NCBI RefSeq assembly: GCF_036588685.1
Contig: NW_026963315.1
Location: 2,914,001 to 2,978,000 of the forward strand
Length of the DNA: 64,000 bases
Reading direction: 5' to 3'
Source of the DNA: Mytilus trossulus
Lineage: Eukaryota
Position numbers and translations under genes: made by a program. This document shows, in pieces, positions 1 to 13,000 of this stretch (the stretch's first letter is position 1; every line of letters begins with the position of its first letter). The notes below the pieces were generated by a model, which was not told the DNA's origin, did not search any database, and saw nothing but the letters and a program-made list of their open reading frames with translations.

Positions 1-327
1 CGAAAGACGAATTTTCTTATGGCTTACATGCAGACTTTGGCAAAACCACCAAATCAAATATCCACGAACATGTAAATTTTCCTCAATCCACGAAAATTGG
101 TACCCACGAAAATAAATGAATCCACAGTATATCAAAGAAAATGACTACACAATGTAAAAAAAACTACCAAAAGAATGAAGAAATCCATGAAACAATACAT
201 AAAAAAACTAGCAATTGATCAACAGGAACCTAACCAAAAACCTGGGGTAAACTAGTGTGCTTCAAAATAGTAAGCAGTTTCTATTACACACCTGTCTTGT
301 TTCTCATTTAACTACAAATCTGAGCAT

Positions 328-710
328 AAAATTGAAAATAGAAATGGGAAATGTGTCAAAGAGACAACAACCTGACACAGACAATAGAGAAGACAACAAC
401 TGAAGACCACTAATGGGTCTTCAATTCAGCGAGAAACTCACACACCTGGAGGCATCCTTCAGCTGACCCCTAAACAAATATGTATACTAGTTCAGTGATA
501 ATCATACTAAAAAACTGAATTATACACTAGAAACTAAAATTAAAATTAAAAATCATACAAGACTAATAATGGTCAGAGGCTCTTGACTTGGGACAGGCAC
601 AAAACTGCGGCGGGGTTAAACATGTTTATTAGATCTCAATCCTCCCCATTACCTCTAACCAATGTAGATAAAAAAACAATACGCAGAGTAAAACTTAGAG
701 AAGTCTGACT
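328..710 (+). repeat. High-copy interspersed repeat (aaaattgagaatggaaatgggg...; reverse copy at ~18830-19167, fragments at 25720, 47365, 57670)
   Basis: Multiple dispersed homologous copies within the window. Confidence 0.8.
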
Positions 711-779
711 AGTCTCATTCTGTGATTTTACAATCAACTATATCTACATGTATTTTATTAAATATAAGATATTTTTTAG

Positions 780-833
780 CTTACCCAAAATGTACAAGGG
801 ACCAGTTTCAATGCTCTAACAAAAGATGTATTG
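780..833 (+). repeat. Diverged duplicate of the acceptor and 5' half of exon w1
   Basis: ttttttag|CT TAC CCA AAA TGT...=YPKCTRDQFQCSNKRCI vs [17 protein letters not shown]; 42/54 nt identical. Confidence 0.8.
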
Positions 834-914
834 TTACCAGTTTCATAACGCTAACAATAGTTTTATAATCAACATCCATAAAATTATAAAATATCCAATT
901 CATGTATTTTTCAG

Positions 915-1037
915 CTCACCCAGAATGCACAAGTGACCAGTTCCAGTGTGCCAATAAGAGATGTGTTGACTTATTGAAGGTCTGTGATGGCGTTGACAAT
1001 TGTCTCGATGGAAATAAAACTGATGAAAATGGCTGTC
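915..1037 (+). CDS. LRP2: LRP2 exon w1, LDLa ([11 protein letters not shown]...DENGC)
   Basis: ttttcag|CT..C|gtgagt, 123 nt, phase 1-1. Confidence 0.9.
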
Positions 1038-4000
1038 GTGAGTATAACCACAAACTTAGCAAACTCGTGGCAAATTTTATAGCAGACTGTTATCATATCA
1101 GAACTATAACACTATGATCATTGGATTTGAAATTATTTATTCTTATCTTTTTTGCAATTTGCTTATATTTATAACATGACACTAAATTTTATGAACAATG
1201 ATAAAGTTTCTTAATTATATGTATGTTAAATAACGATTCAAACAGTGCATCATAAGCCTATTTGCTGGCTGAAGTTTTATATTATGTATTTAATGTAACG
1301 ATAAACTTTATATTCAGGTTGCACTATAATAAACAATTCTTCTTCTTCTTCTATAGCTTTGTTTTAAGGAATACAAGCTTGAGGACATTTTTTCCATGGA
1401 ATTAAAATGAATGAAACAAACTCTTGAATATGTTGAATTTACAAGAATGAAACAAGATATTTTTATTGTTTTCACCAAGTCAACTTTTCAGATCAAAAGA
1501 TTATAATTCATTAAATATTGGTGTCTTGAAAAATTTTAAGTTTGGACATATAAATGAATGCCTATTTTTTAAGGTCTTGCTTTATTCTATTTGGTTAGTT
1601 TCCAATATATGTCTTACTGCAGTAGGAGAATTACTAAAAGAAAAGAACAAGTTGTTACTCTTTGACCAATCAAGTGTTTTTAAAAAAAATGTTATCTGTC
1701 TATGTATGTGTAATTTGTGTATTTTATATTACAGCTGAAAGAACATGTGCTCCAGGGAAGATCAAATGTCCTAACAATGGAATCTGTCTATCAAGACGTT
1801 ACTTATGTGATGGTCAGAATGATTGTGGAGACAATAGTGATGAGAATACAATGTTTTGTGGAGCTATCACCTGCTCACCTCGTAAGTGTATATATCCAAG
1901 TAATATTGATATAAGGTGATGTGGTATGATTGCCAATGGGAAAACTATTCACCAAAGTTTAAATGAAGTGGATGTAGGCAATTATTGGAAATCTTACAGC
2001 ATTCAACAATGATATAACCTTATATTACTTAGTCCCCTATAAAAGACCCTCAAAATATTAGATACAATTGGTCGTTTCAGAATCTAATGCATTTTGATTG
2101 GTTTAAAACGTTATAAACAATGGAAATTCAACCAATGACGTAACGTTATTTTCACTTTGGGGTACAAACAATGAAATTACCCATGATGCTTTAGATTCTG
2201 AAAAGGCCAATTAAAAGGGGGGGGGGGGACAATCCTGTCTCCTAGTAGAGTAAATCTGGTCATTAATAGAGAAACAGGTGCAACTTTATGACTACAGTCA
2301 AACCTGTATAAGCAGTTACCCTTGGTAACTATCTAAAGTGACTGCTCCAGAGAGGTGACCTTTGAAATAACATTAGAATAAATTGATTCTAGGATAGTTT
2401 ATAGTAGGGATCAGGGCAACTGCTGATTCAAGTAAAATTATATAGAGAAAATGTTTTGGAGGGTCTGAAAATGACTGTTACAGATAGATGACTGCTGAAA
2501 CAAGGTGACCATTAAGTATAAAAAAAGAAGATGTGGTATGATTGCCAATGAGACAACTATCCACAAAAAACCAAAATGACACAAACATTAACAACTATAG
2601 GTCACTGTACGGCCTTCAACAATGAGCAAAGCCCATACCGCATAAGTAGGTTTGACTGTACTTAAAAAAGTTGCTACATTGCATAGTGATCGTTTCAATG
2701 ATTTTTCTCAAATTTTCATCAACTTATCACTCATTAAATCTCAGGAGAAAAAAAATTAAAACTTTTCCATTATGGTATTAATTGTGCCTTCCAATTGTTT
2801 TACAGAAGACTTCCATTGTGCTGTGACACAGAAATGTATACCTAAGTCCTGGGTATGTGATGGTGATAACGATTGTGGAGAAAATGAAGACGAACAGCCT
2901 GGATGTAACAGTAAGGAGAAAATAAAATAATAAAAATACCAGGCATCAAGAAAAATTTAAATTGGAAAGTCCCATATAAAATGGCAAAATTAAAGTTTCC
3001 AACAATAGTCAAACTAATGGAAACAAATCAGAGGTTATATATTCTAGATATTTTGCATTGATTGATGAAGAATTGTACTTTAGTCTATGTTAGACTGCAT
3101 GGTTTTGCACAAGTCAGCCCTACATGCCTAATATAAAAGCTGTTTTTGAACATTTAGATTTGTGGTTCACATTTACCCACAAAATTTACATTTGTTAACC
3201 TGATTTCCTAAGGAAAAGATTGGTGATGTAAGGGTGTGTTCAGGAGAGCAGGCAGCTGCCAAACATTTATTTTTATTATACTTCATGTCAAAATGCTAGA
3301 TTCTGATTGGCTAATACGAGGGTGTCAATTTACTCTATTACCCTTCACAGAGACACTTGATCAAGTGTGCGCTTTATTACCGGTAAATACGACACTATCC
3401 TATGGCAAATACTCTATTACCCTTCACAGAGACACTTGATCAAATGTGCGCTTTATTACCGGTAAATACGACACTATCCTATGGCAAATACTCTATTACC
3501 CTTTACAGAGACGTTTGATCAAATGTGCGCTTTATTACCGGTAAATACGACACTATCCTATGGCAAATACTCTATTACCCTTTACAGAGACGTTTGATCA
3601 AATGTGCGCTTTATTACCGGTAAATACGACACTATCCTATGGCAAATACTCTATTACCCTTTACAGAGACGTTTGATCAAATGTGCGCTTTATTACCGGT
3701 AAATACGACTCTATCCTATGGCAAATACTCTATTACCCTTTACAGAGACGTTTGATGAAGTATGCGCTTTATTAAATACGGATGGTTATGTACAAGATGT
3801 CATAGTTTATTACTTTGAATTTTAAAAAATCGACAGTAATAACAGAACATTCAGTATAATAAATTAAATAACACATAGCTGAGAGGGTGATAGAGCAGAT
3901 TGGAACCCCTCGACCTCGGAGTACCAATCTGCTCTATCACCCTCTCAGCTATGTGTTATTTATATATTATTGCACTGATTTGAATAGGTTTCCTACATGC

Positions 4001-7000
4001 AGCTTTCTCTAACTTTAATTTGCCTCAACCACACATTATGAAACTTATTCACAATGCCTATTACCACAAAACTCCAAGCAAGATCAATTTGGGTAGTGTT
4101 ACTGTTACTGTTTTAGAGATATGTCCCTTTATATTGGTATATCCAAAAAGGTGATGGGATTACCTTTGTCCCATTGACACATTCTCTTTGATCCTAAAAT
4201 CATTGATAAGATTTCTGTAATTTTAAAATCCAAGAATGAATCAGAAGAGTACAATGAAACCTGTTTAAACCGAACCTCTTCGTGACTTATGATTTTGTTT
4301 GGTTTTGACCGATGTTCGGTATAATCAGGATGACAATGTATATATTCTGATATATGACAGTGCTTAAGAACAAGTTTGGTTTATACAGGTTTTCGGTTTT
4401 CGCAGGATTCGGTTTTGCCAGGTTTTACTGTATATGTTTACTGGAAATCTCATTAATTTTTACTTTTTCAGACCCTAGTACAAACCAAACTTGTACAGAG
4501 TTTAGATGTGCCAATGGAAAGTGCATTAGTCAGAAGTTTGTTTGTGATGGGGATGATGATTGTGGCGACAAAAGTGACGAATCAGATCAACTCAAATGTG
4601 GTAGGTCAGAGTTCAAGGTGCATATACTTATTATATTGAGTCTCAGGTTTAGTCTAATGTTGTGTTTTGAAATTTGGGGTCTAATACCAAATATTTTTAT
4701 GGATATCTCAAACAATTTTTCTTAATCAAACTATAAAATATTACATTTTAATCATTTTTTTCTCCTATTTATGTTGATAAAAGAAAATTTTATTATCAAA
4801 TTTTCTCATGACTCACATACCTGCCAACTTTTGAAAATGCCCATGGGGGTTTTAGCGCGTGACAACAATTTCAAAGGTTACAAATCTTTGCGACGACTAT
4901 TTTGCGCGTGCTGTTTTGTGGTCTAGAAATAGTATCATATTTGTAAGATGAGCTTACATGCCTTTTCTTCAGTTCATTTGCATGATTCTAGTTATTATAT
5001 CAGCAGAAACTATGAACATGTAGCTGTAAGACCAGGAATTATTTTCATGTGTAAGGATACTAAATAGTTGTTGACTTTTCCAATTTAAAATTATACACAA
5101 AGAAGGACCTTTATCGGGTTGGGAACAACACCTAGGGATACCCCCTCAATGTTAGGACATTAAGAACCACTTTTTAAGTACAAATGAGCACACATTCATA
5201 TTATTTGAAGAAACTTTTCCCAAAGAACTACATGTATACATCTTATGATCTATCTGGTATCAACACATGTCCAAGAATTTTGATATGTTTTTGGCCTTAT
5301 ATCTTTTTTATTATTCAAAGTAATTGGACCCTTCATTTAAAAAAGCTGTTCCAAATATAATGTCAGAATGTCCCATTTTTAAGTTAATAAATCTACATTT
5401 TTCTATTTTATTTTTTACAATAGTAAAATGCACCCTAGACTAAGCGGAGTTCCTCATTTAAGGGATTCCTCATATTGATGTTTGGAGGGGGGTGTCCATG
5501 TGAAAAATAATGAAATTCAGAATAGTACCTTATACTTTAAATGATTTGGTAATTTAATTGAATATATAAATAAAATTATGTTACAGCAAGTTTTATGTCA
5601 ATAAATTAGTGAATAAACTACTATTCATTATCTTCATTGTAATACTGCATCATTGAAGTTTGTCAATCAGCCATGCTTTTATTCTTATTCTGTGTAAAAA
5701 CCTCCTTGCAGTTGAAAAATCATTTGCCATGTTCACGATTTTACAATTCTGACCAACAAACAGAGGAAAACAACACAAGTTCAATATCTAGCATGTTAAA
5801 ATAATCTTGAGAGAAAACGTTTTTGATTGGCTGATTAATTTGATCATGTGAAACATACAATTTGATTGGCTGAACACGATTGTCCTCCATTGGACACAGT
5901 TCAAAATCGAGAACAACAATATTTTTCGTGTAGATTATTACTAAATCCTGTTTTAGAGGGTTTTTCAGGAACACGATCGTGCAATCGTGACAAAGGGTAA
6001 AAATCGTGTAGTACACACCTAAATCGTGAAAGTTGGCAGGTATGGACTCAGTCAGTATGAAAGCTGAATTCATTTTAGGTAAAAGAAGATGTCCAAAGAC
6101 CACATTTACATGTAAGTCTAACAAGAAAATAGGAAGATATGCTTGCATAGATAGGAGGCTGGTTTGTGATGGCGTCAAGAATTGTCATGAGGGAGAAGAC
6201 GAACTACAAAACTGCCCAATACGCACATGTCGTCCTGATCAATACAGGTGTGACAATGGTATATGTATCCCACAATCCTTTGCTTGTGACCATGACAACG
6301 ACTGTGGGGATGGCTCAGATGAGAAGAAAAACTGTGGTAAAAGTTTATTTTTTAAACACCAAATAACTATTATTTTTTTAAATATCTGTACAATGAAAAT
6401 TTCAAATAAGTGAAAAGTGGAAATTTTTTTGAATGCACATTCAGAGCACTTGCCAGTTTAACACAAAAAAGACAAAAAATATTTTTAACGTTGGATTGCA
6501 GAGTGACAGTTATATTATTTTTCAGGTAATGGTGTGACAATCACAGGGTATCTTAAATTCAGAAACAGATGAAAGCATTTTTTTTTTAGAAACCCTATTT
6601 ACAGGCAGAAAAACATAAACTTATTAATATGAATTACCAATGTCAGCCAATATGACAAATGCATATAAAAATTTATATTTCAGAGTATCCACAATGTGGT
6701 AAAGGAAGGTACACTTGTGACAACAAACAGTGTATTTACTTACAGAATGTGTGTGATGGATTTCCTGATTGTGGTGATGGCTCTGATGAAAAACATGAGC
6801 GATGTTGTAAGTAATATAGGTTAATCTAGCTTCATTACTTTTTTTTGGCAGGAATAAGGAAGGTATATAAAAACGAGATAAATGATGATATGTACCTTTT
6901 CATTGAAATTTCAAATTCTCATTTTAGGTGATCTCTTATTTATTACAAACTTTTCCAAATACTTTTATTTGATTTCATAGAAGGCTTGAGATGAACATGG

Positions 7001-10000
7001 CCATATATTGTAAAGCCAATTACTTCATTTGTCAGATTATTTTCACCATGTTATAAATTTAAATTGTCAAGAAAACCAAAAATTTGTATTTTTTTATTTT
7101 TATATGAAAATATACATATTTAGTTAATTTTATTTCAGCCTCTCTCAAACCACTGTGTCCAGGAGATGAGTTCCACTGTGGTTCTGGGGGATGTATCAAC
7201 CAAACCCTGGTGTGTAACAGGGAACCAGACTGTGATGATAAATCGGATGAGAGACATTGTAGTGAGTACTGATAAACTGTATTGTTTAAAGTAAATAAAG
7301 AATTGAGTTATCTCCCTTCCTTTTCATGACCCCACCTCTAGGTGAAGGGGCATGATTAGAGATTTCAATACTAATAGTTAGTAACCTCAAGGTAATGAGG
7401 ACTTTTGAAGTAACCACAGCAGATTATAAATTCTAGAAATAGATATTTTCCATTCTCAATTTATTCAAACCAAAGTTAGATACCAATTTGATAAATCAAT
7501 ATTTAAGAAATATAGTATATTTCTGAAAAAAAGTTGCATTTCTGATGTTCAACTTTAAATGAGTATGAGCAACTTTTCACATGTATAATGCACTAGGATT
7601 CCCAATTACAATTGTCTGGGTTGTGGGTGCTGTGACAAACTGCTTCCAACCCCACCATACATTTTTTCTGGAATAGCCCATATCATAATCTCGTATGCAA
7701 AACCTGTTTGCAATGTTATTTTTTTTGTTATTGTCCTGTCCTTGGTTGAAATCTATACTCTTTTAAAGAAATATAAGATCTAGGAGGAAATACTTTCAGG
7801 ATTTTATCTCAATCTCTAATATTCTCTCATTTTCATGGTTGTGTTTTTTAGATATAAATGAGTGTAACAGTCCCTTCCATGGTTGTGTATTTTTTGTGTA
7901 TTTCAGATATAAATGAGTGTAACAGTCCATTCCATGGTTGTGTATTTTTTGTGTATTTCAGATATAAATGAGTGTAAAAGTCCCTTTCATGGTTGTGTAT
8001 TTTTTGTGTTTTTCAGATATAAATGAGTGTAACAGTCCCTTTCATGGTTGTGTATTTTTTGTGTTTTTCAGATATAAATGAGTGTAACAGTCCCTTCCAT
8101 AGTTGTGTATTTTTTGTGTATTTCAGATATAAATGAGTGTAACAGTCCCTTCCATGGTTGTGTATTTTTTGTGTTTTTCAGATATAAATGAGTGTAACAG
8201 TCCCTTCCATGGTTGTGTATTTTTTGTGTTTTTCAGATATAAATGAGTGTAACAGTCCCTTCCATGGTTGTGTATTTTTTGTGTATTTCAGATATAAATG
8301 AGTGTAACAGTCCCTTCCATGGTTGTGTATTTTTTGTGTTTTTCAGATATAAATGAGTGTAACAGTCCCTTCCATGGTTGTGTATTTTTTGTGTTTTTCA
8401 GATATAAATGAGTGTAACAGTCCCTTCCATGGTTGTGTATTTTTTGTGTATTTCAGATATAAATGAGTGTAACAGTCCCTTCCATGGTTGTGTATTTTTT
8501 GTGTATTTCAGATATAAATGAGTGTAACAGTCCCTTTCATGGTTGTCAACAGAAGTGTGTGGATACAGCAACTGGTTTTGAATGTCAGTGTAACCCTGGA
8601 TATAAACTTATGAAGGACAAGAAAAATTGTGAAGGTATACTATGCAGTTAAAAAAAATATATATATAGAAAGGTTATTTACATACTTTCAAATTAGTAAC
8701 ATACATGTACAACCCATAATGGCCTTATTTCATTGTTGATGAGCAATTGCACATTCAAATAATTACATTAGGTCAGAGACCACAATTGTCGTCCCTTGAT
8801 TTTCGTTGTTCACGAATATAGTCCCTAGTGTTAACAGTGGGTTACTTGCCAATAATTTTTATACCCCTTCCAATTTTATTTCTCCATGTTGAATGCCTCA
8901 AATTGTAAGTAGGGGGGTGAATCTACACTGTAAAAAAATTTGGGTCCAGAATTTTACAGAAAAGTAGTGATTTGATCCAGCTGAAAAAGGTTGAAAATTA
9001 GCACTTCGGAAGCTGTCAAAAGATTTCAAGACACCCTAAACACAAAATTGTCCATATTTTGAGTTAGAGGCGATGAAGTTTTCTATAATTTTGATATAAT
9101 TTGTCCCAAAAGTAGTACAACACACTGTAAAAATTTCATTGAGAAAGCGCAGGTTTGGATTTTTTTAATTTTCATTTATGTTCTAAAAGAAATGCACTAC
9201 GAATTAATTGTGTTCTCGGACCATTAGATGTATGTTTCATTATAATACGTTATTCTGATTGGCTACACTGCAATTTCGCATTATTCCTTAGTCAACCTCA
9301 TTACACAATAATATTTACCACTCATGCAGACACGAGGTCCCACAATAAAGTGCACAGGTAAATTAAATAAAAATTTGATAAAAAAGTGTTTTCATGATCC
9401 TAACTAAAAAATGTAACTATAAGTATTGAATGCTTCTTTTTGTAACTTCATAGGGTTGTAAAAGTGTTGACTGTGCTCACAATTTTAGAATTTCAGCGCT
9501 TCATTCAAATTTACTTCGGTCAATGCTTTTACACCCCAATGAAGTTACAAAAAGAAGCATTTCTTAAATATGTAATAGAAAAACAAAGAATACCAGAATA
9601 CCGGGTATTCATCCATGCCACAAAATTTGTACATGCACATAAAAAACATATAAAAAGCAAAGGAACAGTGACTTTTTTGCTGTTCTTTATTTCAAAATCA
9701 CAGTGAGGCCTTCAACACGAAGCAAAACAAATCTCACCTCACAACAAGTTTCAGATGACCCCAAGCACTGGTTTGAGGGAAATTCTTTGCAAAAAAGATT
9801 TGGATAGACTAAAATGCAATATGTGTTTGTTGTTAATTGATTTAGAAAAGTTTTTAGAAACTTTTTGAATAGTAACAAAAGCTCTTTCATTTATTTTTAT
9901 TGAGAATTTGAATATAGCAGGTTTTTTTTTCAATTTGCTTTGCAATTGTGCAATTATTTACCTTTTCGGTGTTCAAAAAAACTTGGCATCATAACATAGA

Positions 10001-13000
10001 TATTATAACACACTTTCTAAAATAAGATTTAAATGTATGATGATATGGAATATTGAGAAATCACTTAATAGTTGATTTTCACTTTTTCTCTCTACAGATT
10101 TAAATGAATGTAATGAGTTAGCAGGAGCTTGCAGCCAGAAATGTATAAACACCCATGGTAGTTATGTCTGTAAATGTAATGATGGGTATGAGAGGACTCA
10201 CGATGAAAGACATTGTAAAAAAGTGGACAGTAAGTTTGAATTATACGTTAAACATGTATTTGAAATTGAAATCATAAATGATTGAAATTCTACTGAATTA
10301 TATAATGTTAAGTTGAATCTTATCAGAGGGTTTAATTCTGTGTTGAAGATAACAAAGTAAAAACGCTCCAATGCTTAATATTAAACTTTAAGGATGATTT
10401 TAAAAAGGTGGATGAAAGAAAGATATAAAAACCAAAAATTTGTCAACAGGTTTAACCCTTGAAACAGCTAGGTTCAATCTTGGGGGAAAAATAGACTACT
10501 TTTAAGAGCTTTCTTCACATCTTTTTTTCCCAAAATATCTATAAACAGTTGAATTTTTTGTTTTTAACCTATATGCCAAAGTCTATAAATATTGATTTAC
10601 TAGATAATTGTACAATATTCATGATGATACTCAAAGTCAAATGCTTCATTTAAACTCCAATAGATATAACACCATGGTTGATTTTCACCAACAAGTATTA
10701 CATAAGAGAGATATCCACTGATGGATCACAGTACCGTAGATTAACCCAGGGATACGATAGTGTTGTGGCGCTGGATTACGACTACATAGAGGACAGACTG
10801 TACTTTATTGATATTAAGAAGAAAAGAATGTTCAGGATCTTTCTGAATGGTTCCGGAGAGGAGATGATCGTCAGACATGGGTTGATGGGAGCTGAAGGGA
10901 TGGCACTGGACTGGGTTGGAAGGTAGATACATATTAATGAACTTTGTCCATTCTTCAATGTAAAAAAAGTGGTTGAAGATATAAAAGGGAGGAAAAAAAC
11001 TAATAAGTGGAATAGGAATTGACTATAACATGGGGTAAAAAGAAATGGCAATTTTGTATATTTCAAATTATTGTTGTCACTATATATACATGCTATATAT
11101 ATTTTAAACAGAGTTTAATATTCTTTCATAATAGATAATAGCAATCCTTCAAATTTTACAAGATTTTATAAATTATTTTCTCCAGCAATTTACAAGCCGA
11201 ATTGGTTTTTCAAATGTCCCCAGTTTTCTCATTATTTAAAATGTCAATATCTACTCTTTTCCAGGAAAGTATACTGGGTAGACAGTCGTAAGTCCTCGAT
11301 GTTTGTAGTAGAATTGAATGGTACCAGTCAGCTGACGTTGATGAAAGGCAGCTTTATGAAGAGTCCCAGAGCTTTAGTGGCTGATCCTAGAAATGGGTAG
11401 GTGGAAAATTATGTACGGCTGAAATAGAAATAAATATTATGAATGTGTGCATTCTCTGATTAGTCAGAAAGAGTGTTAAATAGTCTTAGAATTCGGTAAG
11501 TTGGAAAGTATAATTAGGGCCCTGCCTTTAGGTGGGTCGCCCTATAGTGATCAGTCTGTCCGTCCGTCCGTCTGTTTGTTCGTCCGTCCGCCTGTCCGTC
11601 CGTAACACTTTCGTGTCCGCTCCATATCTAGATAACCATTATGATTTTATACTTAATACTTAACATGATTATTAACCAACACCAGAGGGTGTGTCATGAT
11701 GTATGTACAACTTCCTAGGTCAAAGGTCAAACTCAAAAACTTTGGTTTCAGTTGACAACCCCGTGTCCTGTGGTGAAGATCATGTCCACTCCATATCTAG
11801 ATAACCCTTACGATTTCAAAGTTTATACTTGACATCCATTTTAACCACCACCAGAGGGTGTGTCATGATGTATGTACAACTTCCTAGGTCAAAGGTCAAC
11901 GTAAATAAATCTTTGGTTTCAGTTGACAACCCCGTGTCCTGTTGTGAAGATTGTGTCCGCTCTATATCTTGAGAACCGTTATGATTTTAAATATTATACT
12001 TGACATCCATTTTAACCAACACCAGAGGGTGTGTCATGATGTATGCACCACTTCCTAGGTCAAAGGTCTGTCTGTCTGTTGGTCTGTCCATCGCTAACAA
12101 ATTTGATCCACACTATATTTTGAGAGGACAGCTGTTATTATTTCATACTTTATACCTGACAAACATTTTCAACTTAACATATATATTAACCAAACCAGAG
12201 AATGTGTCATAATGTATGCATCCTAGGTCAAAGGTCAGTCCGTCGGTTTGTCCATCTGTTCGTTGTTCTTAACAAATTATGTCCACTCTACCTCTCGAGA
12301 ACCGTTAATATTTCATACTTTATACTTGGTGGGTCATAATATATTGAAAGCATAATTCTAAAAATATGTGACAAATATCAATTGGGCAGCACCTTTAAAC
12401 ATATTGTTCAAACATCAATCCTTATATCCAGAAGTCACCTTAGAGTAGTCAACAATGAGTTCACATCATGCAGTCATATCACTATTATACTATGAAAGTA
12501 AGTTGAGAATATTTATCAGTTTTACCTTAAATTTTAGATTAAAATCACACGTGAGACTTTGTAATAACTTCAAATAATGCTTCATATCAGATTATACATA
12601 CAACTTATTTACCCCATGTTATTGACAGCGGGGCCCACAGAGATGGCTCCCATCTCAATGATATCTAGTTACTTATAAAGGATGAAAACAAGGTTGCAAG
12701 TGTATTTGTACACTTTTTCTAGAAATGAGTAACACAAAGTTACTGTATTAACAGATCTAAGATATGGGAAGTCCAAAAATGTGTTCAAACTGACCTTAGA
12801 AATTTAGTCAGAAAGTTTATTTTGAATGATAATAAAATTATTTTAAAAAGATAAAAGCAGAAACACATTTCAATTGATTGATTAATGGATTAATGTTGCT
12901 TGCTTTTTTAACGTCAAGTGGTAAAAATATTTTGACCTTTAACTTTTCTTGCAGGTATCTTTATTGGACTGACTGGAACTTATCGCCATACATTGGCCGT

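Noticed and set aside
3331-3773. CRISPR-like array
   Set aside because: Units are contiguous near-identical 79-mers with no unique spacers; eukaryotic intron, no cas genes.
7852-8511. Chain of 20-nt GT-AG mini-introns (GTATTTTTTGTGTATTTCAG) or CRISPR array
   Set aside because: 20 nt is far below the other intron sizes here, the 35-nt segments would shift the frame, and there are no variable spacers.
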